Positions 8,200 through 18,257 of a stretch of DNA of 64,000 nucleotides are shown piece by piece. Every line of letters begins with the position of its first letter. Position 1 is the stretch's first letter. The notes below the pieces were generated by a model that was given only the letters and a program-made list of their open reading frames with translations, was not told the DNA's origin and did no database searches. The translations under genes were made by a program, and so were the position numbers. Origin of the DNA: Dehalococcoidia bacterium (GTDB lineage Bacteria > Chloroflexota > Dehalococcoidia > UBA2247 > RBG-13-53-26); assembly GCA_030372995.1 (NCBI GenBank), contig JAUCPZ010000335.1, forward strand, positions 12,537-76,536. Reading direction: 5' to 3'.

Positions 8200-11100
8200 C
8201 TATGCGCCCACCCTCTTCACCCCCAGCGTCACCTCTCGCCCCTCGATTTTGGCCTTCTGGGTGAAGGCGCCCTCGGCGGGAGGCTGGTTGAGGAGTTCTT
8301 TGGACAGGGTCTCCTGCTTGATATAGGTGGCTTGGGCTTCTATGGCCTTCTGCAGCGACGGCTCTGCTTGGTAGTAGGTGATAATGTAGTCGGCGATCTC
8401 GAACCCGGCTTCCTTGCGCATGCCCTGAATGCGGTGCGTGATCTCGCGGGCTACCCCCTCCTCAATTAGCTCAGGGGGTATCTCGGTGGGCACCGCCACC
8501 GCGCACCCCCCATCTTCCATGGTACAGTAGCACGTCTGGCTGGCCAGGTCGGCATCAGGTTCGGCGAACTCGAGCGCTTTGACGTTGAGCTCCTCCAGTA
8601 TCTGCGGCGCCAGACACCGCAGGCTCTCCTGCTCGCTCCTGGTCCTCGTCTTCACCATCACCTTGGCCACGGGCTGGCGCACCTTGATGCCCGCCTTGCT
8701 GCGCGCTGCCCGCCCGATGCTGCAAATCTTCATCACCAGTCGAGTGTCGGCCTCCAGCTTCTCATCCACCTTCGATAGATCCGCCTTGGGGAAATCGCAG
8801 AGGTGGACGCTCTCCGGCGCCTGGGGATCCACCGCCCGCACCAGGTTCTGGTACAGCTCCTCTGACAGGAACGGAGTCAGAGGAGCCATGAGCTTGGCCA
8901 GTGTGATCAGGCAGTCGTACAGGGCAAAGTAGGCTGAGAGCTTGTCGGCGTCGTTCTCGCCCTTCCAGAAGCGCCGCCGGTTCCGCCTGACGTACCAGTT
9001 GGAAAGGTAGTCGACGAATTCCTCGATCTTCCGGCCCGCCTCGGTCGGGTCATAGTCGGCGTACGCCTTGTCCACCTCATCGACAAGCTGGTTCAGCTCC
9101 GAGATTATCCAGCGGTCCAAATCGTCGGTCATGGCCGCCGGGCGCCTGGCCTTCAGCGGGTCGAACTGGTCGATGTTGGCGTAGATAACGAAGAAAGAGT
9201 AGGTGTTCCACACGGTGGACAGGACCTTGCGCATGGCCTCGTTGACCTGGTCCACCGAGAGCCGCTTGGGGTTGCCGGCGGGGCTGGTGGTGAACATGTA
9301 CCAGCGCAGCGCGTCAGCACCCTGATTGTTGATGATCCGCCAGGGGTCGATGACATTCCCCTTGGACTTGCTCATCTTCTCGCCCTTGGCATCAACGATG
9401 TGGCCCAGACAGACGACATTCTTGAAGCATGGCTTCCCGAACAGCAGGATCGACAGAGCGTGCAGTGTGTAGAACCAGCCCCGGGTCTGGTCGATGGCCT
9501 CGGCGATGTAGTCCGCCGGGAAGCGGCTCTCGAATTCCTGCTTGTTCTCGAAAGGATAGTGGAACTGGGCCAAAGGCATGGCCCCGGAGTCGAACCAGGC
9601 GTCCAGCACCTCGGGCGCCCGCTTCATCTTGCCGCCGCACTTGGCGCAGTCAAACGTAATATCATCCACAAAAGGCCGGTGCGGATCCAACGGCTCGACA
9701 ATGCCTGCCACGCCTGGCTTGGCCTTGAGTTCTCCGATGCTGCCGATGCACTCGATGTGGCCCGGATCCTGGGTGCAACGCCAGATCGGCAGTGGCGTTC
9801 CCCAGTATCTCTCGCGCGAAAGGCCCCAGTCGATGTTGTGCTCCAGCCAGTCGCCGAAGCGTCCCTCTTTGATGTAATCGGGGTACCAGTTGATTTCGCG
9901 GTTGCCGGCCACCATCTGGTCCCGGTAGGCGGTGGTCTTGATGTACCACGACGGCTTGGCGTAGTAGAGAAGCGGTGTCTGACAGCGCCAGCAGAACGGG
10001 TACGTATGGACGATCTTCTCTTGATGGTGCAGAATGCCGCGCTGCTCCAGATCCTCGAGGATCAAGGGATCGGCCTTCTTCACGAACTTGCCGTCCCATG
10101 GTTTACCGTTGGGGATCATCTTCCCGTCGAGATCCACGCTCTGAACCATCGGCAAACCCGCGGTCTTGCCCAGGTCGAAGTCCTCTTCGCCGAAAGCGGG
10201 GGCGATATGGACGATCCCGGTACCGTCGGTGACGGAGACGTAGTCGGCGGTCACAGCGCGGCCGCGTGGCGGCAGCACGTCACCTGCGGGCACAAATTCT
10301 GGCTTGGGTTCGTAGAGGCGATCGTATTCTAGGCCGGCGAGGTCCCTGCCGAGAAAATCCGCGAGTATCTCCCAGTTCCCCGGGCCGAGCGCCCGGTCCA
10401 GGAGAGGTTCGGCCATGATCAGTCTTTCGATCTTACCCTGCGGCGATCTGGCCTCCACCAGTACGTAGGTCTCGTCGGGCGAGACCGCCAGCGCGACATT
10501 ACCGGTGAGTGTCCAAGGGGTGGTTGTCCAGGCCAGAAGGGAAGGAACTTCCTGTTCCCACTTCTTCGTCTGGGCATTCCAACCCAGCTTCGCCAGGGAC
10601 TTGACCTCGGGGTTCTGGGATTGGCTCAGCCGGAAGCGGATGTATATCGAGGGATCCTCGGCGTCCTGGTAACCCAGGGCCACCTCGTGGGAACTCAGCG
10701 ACGTGCCGCAGCGGGGGCAGTGGGGGGTCACGCGGTAGCCCTGATAGATCAGGCCCCGGTCCCAGAGCTGCTTGATGATCCACCAGCAGGACTCCACGTA
10801 GGCTGGCTCGAACGTGATGTACGGGTGCTCCATGTCGAGCCAGAAGCCGATGCGGTCGGTCAGGTCCTCCCATTTCCTGAGATAGCGTAGGACGCTTTCG
10901 CGGCACTTGGCGTTGAACTTGGCGATGCCGTACTCTTCGATCTGGGCCTTGTTGGTGAACTTCAGTTCCTTCTCGATCTCCAGCTCAACGGGCAGGCCGT
11001 GGGTGTCCCACCCCGCCTTGCGGAAGATGCGGTACCCCTTCATGGTCTTGTACCTGGGGATGACATCCTTGTAGATGCGGGATAGCACGTGGTGAATGCC

Positions 11101-11262
11101 GGGATTACCGTTCACCGTCGGCGGACCGTCATACAGCACGAACTCAGGCCCGTCTCGGCGGACCTCGTTGGTCTTCTGGAGGATATTATTCTCCTTCCAG
11201 AAGGCCAGAACCTGCCTCTCCAGTTCGGGGAAGCTGACCTTGCTGTTGACCGGTTTGAACAT
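8200..11262 (-). CDS. ileS: isoleucine--tRNA ligase (long, type-2-like form)
   Basis: 1020 aa. HIGH-type PGIHHVLSR, KMSKS (GEKMSKSKGN), editing-domain and anticodon-binding stretches typical of IleRS. Confidence 0.97.
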   Translation of the reverse strand: MFKPVNSKVSFPELERQVLAFWKENNILQKTNEVRRDGPEFVLYDGPPTVNGNPGIHHVLSRIYKDVIPRYKTMKGYRIFRKAGWDTHGLPVELEIEKELKFTNKAQIEEYGIAKFNAKCRESVLRYLRKWEDLTDRIGFWLDMEHPYITFEPAYVESCWWIIKQLWDRGLIYQGYRVTPHCPRCGTSLSSHEVALGYQDAEDPSIYIRFRLSQSQNPEVKSLAKLGWNAQTKKWEQEVPSLLAWTTTPWTLTGNVALAVSPDETYVLVEARSPQGKIERLIMAEPLLDRALGPGNWEILADFLGRDLAGLEYDRLYEPKPEFVPAGDVLPPRGRAVTADYVSVTDGTGIVHIAPAFGEEDFDLGKTAGLPMVQSVDLDGKMIPNGKPWDGKFVKKADPLILEDLEQRGILHHQEKIVHTYPFCWRCQTPLLYYAKPSWYIKTTAYRDQMVAGNREINWYPDYIKEGRFGDWLEHNIDWGLSRERYWGTPLPIWRCTQDPGHIECIGSIGELKAKPGVAGIVEPLDPHRPFVDDITFDCAKCGGKMKRAPEVLDAWFDSGAMPLAQFHYPFENKQEFESRFPADYIAEAIDQTRGWFYTLHALSILLFGKPCFKNVVCLGHIVDAKGEKMSKSKGNVIDPWRIINNQGADALRWYMFTTSPAGNPKRLSVDQVNEAMRKVLSTVWNTYSFFVIYANIDQFDPLKARRPAAMTDDLDRWIISELNQLVDEVDKAYADYDPTEAGRKIEEFVDYLSNWYVRRNRRRFWKGENDADKLSAYFALYDCLITLAKLMAPLTPFLSEELYQNLVRAVDPQAPESVHLCDFPKADLSKVDEKLEADTRLVMKICSIGRAARSKAGIKVRQPVAKVMVKTRTRSEQESLRCLAPQILEELNVKALEFAEPDADLASQTCYCTMEDGGCAVAVPTEIPPELIEEGVAREITHRIQGMRKEAGFEIADYIITYYQAEPSLQKAIEAQATYIKQETLSKELLNQPPAEGAFTQKAKIEGREVTLGVKRVGA

Positions 11263-11446
11263 GTTGTTTCCTTTTCAACCCCCTGGCCCCCACTCTTGGG
11301 GGCAGGAGAAAGAGCCTGGGGGACACCCCCAGCCCCCGGTCCGCCTCGGGCGGACACCTCTGTTCTGTCATTCCCGCGGAGGCGTGAATCCAAAACGGCC
11401 CTTGGAGGGCTATCCTCCGTCGTGGCTAGCAGAGCATACTGTGCAA

Positions 11447-12232
11447 CTACTTGCCCGGGAAGTTGGGCTTCCTCCTCTCCTGGAAGGACCTCAGCCCTTC
11501 TTTGGCGTCCTGCGTCTGGAAATGGGCCCGTGAGGCCGCCTTCTCGATCTCAATCCCGGTGTAAAGATCAACCTGCATGCCGCGGTTGATGGAGTACTTG
11601 ATGTACTTGGAGGCCATGGGGCTCCGTTGCACCAGCTTGTCCACCACGCCTTCGACGTACTCGCGGAGCTTCTCCCGCGGCACGGCCTTGTTGATGATGC
11701 CCCACCTCTCCGCCTCCTTGGCCGTCATCCAGTCGCCCGTGAACATGAGCTCCCGCGCCACTCTCAGAGGGATCAGCCGGGGCAGACGCTGTGAACCGCC
11801 GCCGCTGGGTATCAGGCCGATCGAGGCATGCTGATCGCCGATATTCACATCGTCGGCAGCATAGGCCAGATCGCAGGCCTCTGCCAGTTCCAGTCCTCCG
11901 GCCAAAGCATGCCCGTTGATCATGGCGATGTTGATCTTACTCATGTGCTCCATCAGATAGAACGTGTCGTGGAACATCTGGCCGTACTCGGCAACGGCTA
12001 TGGGATCGTCCTGGTGAGCGAGAGTCCACTTCAGGTCACCGCCGGCGCTGAAGGCCTTGCCGGCTCCCGTGATCACAATCACTCTGACTTCTGGGTCTTT
12101 GTCCAGTTCTGACAAGCAGCTCTGCAACTGCCTGTGTGTCTCCGGGTCCAGGGCGTTCATGGCGTCCGGCCGGTTGATGGTCAGCCAGGCAGCCCCCTTC
12201 TTCTTCTCTATCAAGAGGTTGCTGTAGTTCAC
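11447..12232 (-). CDS. enoyl-CoA hydratase/isomerase (crotonase) family protein
   Basis: 261 aa. ITGAGKAFSAGGDL and GHALAGGLELAEACD oxyanion-hole motifs. GTG start preceded by ggaaggagg. Confidence 0.9.
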   Translation of the reverse strand: MNYSNLLIEKKKGAAWLTINRPDAMNALDPETHRQLQSCLSELDKDPEVRVIVITGAGKAFSAGGDLKWTLAHQDDPIAVAEYGQMFHDTFYLMEHMSKINIAMINGHALAGGLELAEACDLAYAADDVNIGDQHASIGLIPSGGGSQRLPRLIPLRVARELMFTGDWMTAKEAERWGIINKAVPREKLREYVEGVVDKLVQRSPMASKYIKYSINRGMQVDLYTGIEIEKAASRAHFQTQDAKEGLRSFQERRKPNFPGK

Positions 12233-12369
12233 CAGGGGTTCCTCCTTCCGATGGCGTGTTCTGTGCTTAGGCGCGTACGGTCCGCTTATGTCACGGCCAA
12301 AGCAGAATTCTACGGGTTACGCGTGGCCAGTGTCAATTTGCGAGGCCGGAAATGCACTCTGTTCAAGAA

Positions 12370-12398
12370 TTGCCCGCTCTTGAGGGCTGGGCTATAAT
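12370..12398 (+). promoter_or_regulatory. sigma70-like promoter TTGCCC-N17-TATAAT
   Basis: Read directly, about 75 nt upstream of the OYE-type reductase start. Confidence 0.45.
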
Positions 12399-12471
12399 GT
12401 CTCGAATCGTCGGGGGAGGACGATAATCCTAGCGTGGTCCCGACAAACGGGGGACTGAAAAAGGAGTGCAT

Positions 12472-13713
12472 ATGGCAAAGGCGCCTGTGGAGACGCGAAA
12501 GGCTTTTACACCGGGGAAGATCGCCGGCCTGACGCTGCGCAACCGGATTATCAGGGCCGGTTGCTTCGAGGGTATGTGCGAGAACGGAAGTTGCTCCGAT
12601 CTCTTAATTGAGCACCACCGCAAGGTGGCTGCGGGTGGTGCGGCCATGACCACCGTGTCGTATTGCTCGGTGTCCGAGGCTGCCCGCGCCTACGGGCACG
12701 AAATGTGGATGCGAAAGGAGATCCTGCCCGACCTGCGGCGGTTGACGGATGCGGTTCACAAAGAGGGCGGCGCCGCTTCAATTCAGCTGGGTCACTGCGG
12801 GTACTTCGCCAGCAAGGCCGACACCGGGTTTCAGCCGGTAGGCGCCTCGCGGAAATTCAACCTTTTCCGCATTAGTTTCCCCAAGCCCATGACCGAGGCC
12901 GACATCAACCAGGTGATTAAGCAGTTTGCGGACGCAGCGGTGATGGCCAGGGAAGCCGGGTTCGACGCTGTCGAGATCCATTCAGGCCATGGCTATCTGC
13001 TGAGCCAGTTCCTGTCCCCGTATACCAACAAGAGGACCGACAACTACGGCGGCTCCTTGGAGAACCGCATGCGTTTCCCCGCTGCAGTGGTCAGGGCGGT
13101 CAGACAGGCCATGGGGCCGGATTTCCCCGTGATGGTCAAGATGAACATGACTGATGGCATCAAGGGCGGCATCGAGATTGAAGACGCCGTGCAGATCGCC
13201 AAGCGCTTTGAGGCTGAGGGAGCCAGCGCCTTGGTGCCAAGCTGCGGTTTCACCTCCAAAACTCCCTTCATGATGATGCGTGGAAACCTGCCCATCCTGG
13301 AGTTTGCAGCTGCCGACAAGAGCTTCATGCGCAAGTTCGGGCTGGTCTTCTTTGGCCGCTTCATGTGTCAGGAATTCCACTACGAGGACCTCTTCCTGAT
13401 GGAGGACGCTCTTAAGATACTGAAGGCCGTCAAGATACCGGTGGTCCTGGTCGGTGGTATCTGCTCTCTCGACGACTTAGACAAGGCCATGAACGCGGGA
13501 TTCGAGTTTGTGGAGATCGGCCGGGCGATAATCAAGGACCCGGACATCGTGAAGAAGTGGCAAAGGGCTGAGGTCACAGCTTCTGATTGCGACCACTGTA
13601 ACCGGTGTGTCGCGGTTATGAACGGCGGGCCGGTGTACTGTGTCTGCAACGAGAAAGGTCCTCTGAAGAGGAGGTTTCAGCCCAAGGGCTTGCCCGGCAC
13701 CTGGCGTGCCTAG
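12472..13713 (+). CDS. NADH:flavin oxidoreductase, Old Yellow Enzyme family
   Basis: FMN TIM-barrel motifs (GFDAVEIHSGHGYLLSQFLSPYTNKRTDNYGGSLENRMRF). The ATG at 12472 has SD aaggag 5 nt upstream. The track ORF begins at GTG 12466. Confidence 0.88.
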   Translation: MAKAPVETRKAFTPGKIAGLTLRNRIIRAGCFEGMCENGSCSDLLIEHHRKVAAGGAAMTTVSYCSVSEAARAYGHEMWMRKEILPDLRRLTDAVHKEGGAASIQLGHCGYFASKADTGFQPVGASRKFNLFRISFPKPMTEADINQVIKQFADAAVMAREAGFDAVEIHSGHGYLLSQFLSPYTNKRTDNYGGSLENRMRFPAAVVRAVRQAMGPDFPVMVKMNMTDGIKGGIEIEDAVQIAKRFEAEGASALVPSCGFTSKTPFMMMRGNLPILEFAAADKSFMRKFGLVFFGRFMCQEFHYEDLFLMEDALKILKAVKIPVVLVGGICSLDDLDKAMNAGFEFVEIGRAIIKDPDIVKKWQRAEVTASDCDHCNRCVAVMNGGPVYCVCNEKGPLKRRFQPKGLPGTWRA

Positions 13714-13742
13714 CGGATTCCGGCATTAGCGTGGAGCCTTCC

Positions 13743-13777
13743 GGAGGCGAGTCTCAGACTCGCCTCCGCTCTTTTCG
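13743..13777 (+). terminator. intrinsic terminator (11-bp stem ggaggcgagtc/gactcgcctcc plus a T-rich tail, gctcttttcg)
   Basis: Read directly, 30 nt after the OYE stop. Confidence 0.7.
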
Positions 13778-13830
13778 TCTGTGGGCACATGGGGGTGTGG
13801 TGGTACTCGGAGCCGGACCGGGAGCCAGCG

Positions 13831-14715
13831 TCATCGGTGAACAGTTGGCCCGTCCCCCTCTTTCCAGAAGGCGACGGCCAGGACGCCGGGGCCGGCGTGG
13901 ACCCCCATGATGGGCGTGAACTCGGTGAGGTATATCTCGGCGCACCTGAACCGGCGGGCGATTTCAGACTTGAACTTCTCGCCTTCCTCGAGTTCATCAG
14001 CGTGGTGCACTAACACATGAACTGGGGAGTCTCCAACGCGTTCTGTCATGGTCTGCAGTATGATCTCCACTGCTCTTGCCTTGCTTCTGGGCCGGGCGAA
14101 AGGAGTTGTCTCGCCGACTGACGTGGAGTGTTCGAGGATGGGCTTCATGTTGAGGACCGCGCCTGCCCAGGCCGCCGCGCGGGCGATACGCCCGGTCCGG
14201 GCCAGGAAGTGCAGCGTATCCACCATTGCCAAGAAATTCACTCTCGCTATGGTCTGACGGGCTGCGGCAGAAACCTCTTTGATCCCCGCGCCCGCCTCGG
14301 CCGCGCGGGCGGCCTCCAGCACCGTGAACCCCAGGGCGCCGGACACTGCCCGGCTATCGATGACCTCGATGGGCGTGCGCGGCATCGCCTCCTCGGCCAT
14401 CTTCTTCGCCAGCACGGCGGTTTCGTAGGTCTTGCTTTGGAGACTCGTCAGAGTGATGCAGACTATGCCTTCGGCTTCCTTGCCGGCAGCTACGAAGGCC
14501 TTTGAGAAGGCGTCCGGAGTCGGGACCGAAGTCGTGGGCAGATCCTCGTCGCGCCGCATGATCCGGTATACCTCTTGCGGGGTGATGTCCACATTGTCCC
14601 GGTGAGATTTGCCGCCAATGCATATCAGCAAGGGAACGACGTGAATGGAGTACTTTGCGACCAGCTCCGCCGGCAGACAGCATGTGCTGTCAGTGACGAT
14701 GGCGATTCTACCCAT
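13831..14715 (-). CDS. DegV family fatty-acid-binding protein
   Basis: MGRIAIVTDSTCCLPAELVAKYSIHVVPL.. is the typical DegV N-terminus. SD gaggga precedes ATG 14715. Confidence 0.88.
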   Translation of the reverse strand: MGRIAIVTDSTCCLPAELVAKYSIHVVPLLICIGGKSHRDNVDITPQEVYRIMRRDEDLPTTSVPTPDAFSKAFVAAGKEAEGIVCITLTSLQSKTYETAVLAKKMAEEAMPRTPIEVIDSRAVSGALGFTVLEAARAAEAGAGIKEVSAAARQTIARVNFLAMVDTLHFLARTGRIARAAAWAGAVLNMKPILEHSTSVGETTPFARPRSKARAVEIILQTMTERVGDSPVHVLVHHADELEEGEKFKSEIARRFRCAEIYLTEFTPIMGVHAGPGVLAVAFWKEGDGPTVHR

Positions 14716-14813
14716 CCGTTCCCTCACCTTCCTGCATAGTCAACCGCAACCGAGCTATTGTATCAGAATGTTCGGGGGTTATCCCTCCGTTTAATTCGGA
14801 CGCCGGCATGGTG

Positions 14814-15500
14814 CTACTTGACTGGGACTGCCCTGCGGCCAAGTATCTCATGCTTGACATACCATCTCTGCACAGCCTCGGCGACCTCAGCCGGTTCGTC
14901 GCACAGACGCAGCAGATGCAGGTCGTCCTCGTCGATGAAGGCTCTCGACAGCACTTCGTGGCGCAACCATTCCAGGAATCCCTGCCAGAAACGGCTGTCG
15001 AAGAGTATCACGGGAAACGGCTTTATCTTCTTCGTTTGCATCAGCGTGAGCACTTCGGTGAGTTCATCGAGAGTGCCCAAACCGCCTGGCATGATGACGA
15101 AGGCGGTCGCATACTTCACCAGCATCACTTTGCGGACGAAGAAATGGTTGAACGTGATGGTCCTGTTGGCGTAGATGTTGCACAACTGTTCCGCCGGCAG
15201 GACGATGTTGAGGCCAATGGAGAGGACTCCTGCTTCGCGGGCACCCTTGTTTGCGGCTTCCATTACACCCGGACCGCCTCCGGTGATGATAGAGAAGCCC
15301 ATCTCTCCCAAGCGCCGGGCGATCTCTTCTGTCTGACCGAACAACTTGTCATGAGGCCTCAGCCTGGCGGAGCCGTATATGGTGACCGCAGGTTCGACTC
15401 CGGACAGCTTGTCGAATCCCTCGACCAGCTCGCCCAGGATGCGGAACATGCGCCAGGACTCCTCCTTGGCCATGTCGTTGATTTCGTATCCTTGTGCCAT
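14814..15500 (-). CDS. LOG / TIGR00730-family Rossmann-fold protein (nucleotide 5'-monophosphate nucleosidase type)
   Basis: GGGPGVMEAANKGA and PGGLGTLDELTEVL motifs. The internal ATG at 15500 has SD gggggag. Confidence 0.88.
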   Translation of the reverse strand: MAQGYEINDMAKEESWRMFRILGELVEGFDKLSGVEPAVTIYGSARLRPHDKLFGQTEEIARRLGEMGFSIITGGGPGVMEAANKGAREAGVLSIGLNIVLPAEQLCNIYANRTITFNHFFVRKVMLVKYATAFVIMPGGLGTLDELTEVLTLMQTKKIKPFPVILFDSRFWQGFLEWLRHEVLSRAFIDEDDLHLLRLCDEPAEVAEAVQRWYVKHEILGRRAVPVK

Positions 15501-15658
15501 GTTGTTGCTCCCCCTATGGCCCCGGTCTCGACCGGCGATGGCAGGGACTTGGCCGTTCCCGCGCGGGCTTCGAGCGGGCCGAAGCGTCAACTTGGGGCCC
15601 TTGGCGCTCTATTATAGACCTTTCCCGGTTTGGGGCGTGTTGCCAGGCCCTGGTGGCA

Positions 15659-16105
15659 TTAGTGCCAAGGGTAGTGCCCCTTTCGCTTTGCGCTCCAGCC
15701 GTTGATGCCCTCCCGGCGAATCAGCTCAAGGTGATGTTCCAGATTCGGGTGGAATCTCTTGAGAGGACCGAGCAGCTCACAGCTGCCGTACTCGGCGCAT
15801 TCCCAGCAGCCGAGGAGGTTCCGCCTTTGGACGCAATCCCTCACCGTACATGTGTCCTTGCCGCCGCCCGTGCGGCACGGCGTCATGCACTCCAATCCGC
15901 GGATGGCCTGAAGCACTCTGAGGAACGCCTGGTAGTCACCGAATACGGCTTCGCGCTTGGCCTTGAAAGCGGCGTACTCCTTGAAGTGGAGGTCTGCCAG
16001 CTGGCTCTCCAGTTCGGCAGCCAGGGCGAACAGTCGCCTGTTGGCAGGGATGCAGTCCCGGCAATACAGACCGCAGTAGCTCGTGAGTGTTCGGGGATCT
16101 TCCAT
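15659..16105 (-). CDS. DUF3795-type cysteine-rich protein
   Basis: 148 aa. YCGLYCRDC..CRTGGGKDTCTVRDC..GCWECAEYGSC pattern. Confidence 0.7.
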   Translation of the reverse strand: MEDPRTLTSYCGLYCRDCIPANRRLFALAAELESQLADLHFKEYAAFKAKREAVFGDYQAFLRVLQAIRGLECMTPCRTGGGKDTCTVRDCVQRRNLLGCWECAEYGSCELLGPLKRFHPNLEHHLELIRREGINGWSAKRKGHYPWH

Positions 16106-16122
16106 GGTGAGCCGACTCCTCG

Positions 16123-16899
16123 CTAGGTTCGGTGTGGTTGCTTATGAGGGAGGATACTACCTCTGCTGACAGCCTTGGCCCTTATGAGGCGCGCCAAGTA
16201 GTTGCCGTCGGCCTCCTGGTGGATTACTTCGGTTGTCCAGCCCAACGCCGATGCCTCCGCAGCGAGCGTCTCCGGGTCAATCAGCAGCCAGCCGTATTCG
16301 GGTCCCGTTTGGCCCTTGAACCGGAGACGCAGCCGGGTCTCACCAGGGTAGCGTCCGGCTTTGCGGTTGGCCTCATGGTATGCGAGATGCTGCGGCTCCC
16401 CGGTTGCTCGAGGGTCGACGGAGTCCGCCAGTAGTTGGCCCTCAGGTCTCAGCAATGCAGCCAGATGCTTGAGAAGCCGACGCAGGCCGTTGATGTCTTC
16501 AGCCATGCCTATGCCGTGGCCCAGCATGATGATGGTGTCAAAACGGCTGCCAACGAGCTGGAAGACATTGACCTCGCGCGCGTCAGCAACGCCAGCATCG
16601 CGCATGACTTGGACCGCCTCTGCGGATATGTCGATGGCGCAGACTGGTAATCCCCTCTTCTGGAGGACAAGAGAGTGGTGGCCGGATCCGGCCCCGACGT
16701 CCAGAACATGGTCTCGGCATCGATCCAGTGCCATTCTTTCCAGAACCGTGAGATCCTCCGGGCCTCGGAAGAAGCTACTCACGGGCACATCTACTTCCAG
16801 TCCGTCGTCACGGATGATGGTGATGGAAGCTGACTTGCTGCCTCTACGGTAGTCAATCAGGGCTAGGCCAAGGGGTTTCATTGCCGCCGGATCCGTCAC
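16123..16899 (-). CDS. class I SAM-dependent methyltransferase
   Basis: Motif I VLDVGAGSGHHSLVL and a Rossmann-fold pattern. The GTG start overlaps the stop of the upstream small ORF (GTGA). Confidence 0.85.
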   Translation of the reverse strand: MTDPAAMKPLGLALIDYRRGSKSASITIIRDDGLEVDVPVSSFFRGPEDLTVLERMALDRCRDHVLDVGAGSGHHSLVLQKRGLPVCAIDISAEAVQVMRDAGVADAREVNVFQLVGSRFDTIIMLGHGIGMAEDINGLRRLLKHLAALLRPEGQLLADSVDPRATGEPQHLAYHEANRKAGRYPGETRLRLRFKGQTGPEYGWLLIDPETLAAEASALGWTTEVIHQEADGNYLARLIRAKAVSRGSILPHKQPHRT

Positions 16900-17193
16900 G
16901 CCCTCCCTTTCGCCACTTGCACTTCCAGCCGCACCGTCGTGAAGTGGATGCCGCCGTCCGCCTCTGGTGGCCCAATCCGGGCACGGGCCGCCACGATCTC
17001 ACGTTTGAATTCTTCATTAGGCGGTTGTGGCACTTTGTGTGTAGGGCAGCCAGGTATTTCAAAGCCATGCGGCAAGAGCGTTCTTCCCTTCATGCACCAT
17101 GTCTCTTGGCAGAAGCTCCAACCTGTCTACTTCAAAACCAAGTTCCTCTAGCCAAGGCCGATACTCATGGTACATTCCCCGATTGCTCCGCAC
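16896..17193 (-). pseudogene. two short overlapping ORFs in different frames (17059..17193 and 16896..17093); possible frameshifted gene remnant or small coupled gene
   Basis: Own translation: VRSNRGMYHEYRPWLEELGFEVDRLELLPRDMVHEGKNALAAWL* and MKGRTLLPHGFEIPGCPTHKVPQPPNEEFKREIVAARARIGPPEADGGIHFTTVRLEVQVAKGRA*. The second ends in a GTGA overlap with the methyltransferase start. Confidence 0.3.
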
Positions 17194-17339
17194 CTATTCT
17201 CGCCGATCCCGATGGCTTCAGCAAGCGACAGTCGGAAACAGGGCAGTGCCCGCTAGGCGTTCGCTTCTCGGGGCACGCGGTGACCCGGGCTAACGGTTGA
17301 TGTTGATATAATCAAGGTCATCAGATGCGGAGAGCCGGC

Positions 17340-18248
17340 ATGAAGAAGATCATCGAAGTCGAACACCTGCGGAAGGCGTACGGGCCCACGGTAGCGGTGG
17401 ATGACATCTCGTTTGAGGTAGCCGAGGGTGAGATATTCGGTCTTCTCGGTCCGAACGGAGCAGGCAAGACGACGACCGTCGAGTGCCTGCAGGGGCTGCG
17501 CCGTCCGGACGCGGGCAGGCTCCGCGTCCTGGGGCTGGACCCGCAGTCCGACGGCAGGGAACTTCGCCGGCTAATAGGTTCGCAGCTCCAGGATTCGGCC
17601 CTCCCTGACCGGATGCGGGTATGGGAGGCTCTCGATCTCTTCTCGTCGTTCATGCCCAACTCGCCGGACTGGCGGATGACCATGGAGCAGTGGGGACTCA
17701 CGGAGAAACGCAACTCGACCTTCTCGAGGCTGTCCGGTGGCCAGCGCCAGCGCTTGTTTGTGGCTCTGGCGCTGGCGAACAACCCCAGGGTGGTGTTCCT
17801 GGATGAGATGACGTCCGGGCTTGATCCGGCGGCCCGGCACACTGCCTGGGACCTGATCCGGGCTATTCGAGACCGGGGGACCACGGTGGTGATGGTCACC
17901 CATTTCATGGACGAAGCGGAGCGCCTTTGTGACCGTCTGGGTGTTGTGGACCGCGGCAGGCTGATTGCTTTGGACACGCCGCAAGGGCTCATCGCGACCT
18001 ATGCTGGCCATGTGCGTGTCGTGTTCAGCAGCGAGCAGGCGGATCTGTCCTGGCTCCAAGACGTTCCCAACGTATCACACGTGAAGCGACACGGGCCGCG
18101 CGTCGAAGTCGAAGGCACCGGCCCGGTGCTGGCGCGGGTGGCTGCTGCCCTGGTCGAGCACGGCGCCTTGCCCACTGACCTGCGCCTGGAACAGCCCTCA
18201 CTGGAAGAAGTCTTTCTTTCTATCACCGGCCACACCATTCAGGACTAG
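17340..18248 (+). CDS. ABC transporter ATP-binding protein (ABC-2/DrrA-like exporter)
   Basis: Walker A GPNGAGKTT, signature LSGGQRQR, Walker B VVFLDEMTSGLD. An extended -10 TGATATAAT lies at 17304-17312. Confidence 0.93.
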   Translation: MKKIIEVEHLRKAYGPTVAVDDISFEVAEGEIFGLLGPNGAGKTTTVECLQGLRRPDAGRLRVLGLDPQSDGRELRRLIGSQLQDSALPDRMRVWEALDLFSSFMPNSPDWRMTMEQWGLTEKRNSTFSRLSGGQRQRLFVALALANNPRVVFLDEMTSGLDPAARHTAWDLIRAIRDRGTTVVMVTHFMDEAERLCDRLGVVDRGRLIALDTPQGLIATYAGHVRVVFSSEQADLSWLQDVPNVSHVKRHGPRVEVEGTGPVLARVAAALVEHGALPTDLRLEQPSLEEVFLSITGHTIQD

Positions 18249-18257
18249 GACCGGCGC

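Noticed and set aside
11263-11446. T-box leader upstream of ileS
   Set aside because: The leader has three consecutive GC hairpins (gtccgcc/gcggac, ctggggg/cccccag, gccccc/gggggc). I could not find the T-box consensus (GGUGGNACCGCG) or a credible specifier loop; GAGUGGGGGCCAGGGGG is only a vague resemblance. It is worth an RF00230 scan but is not supported by eye.
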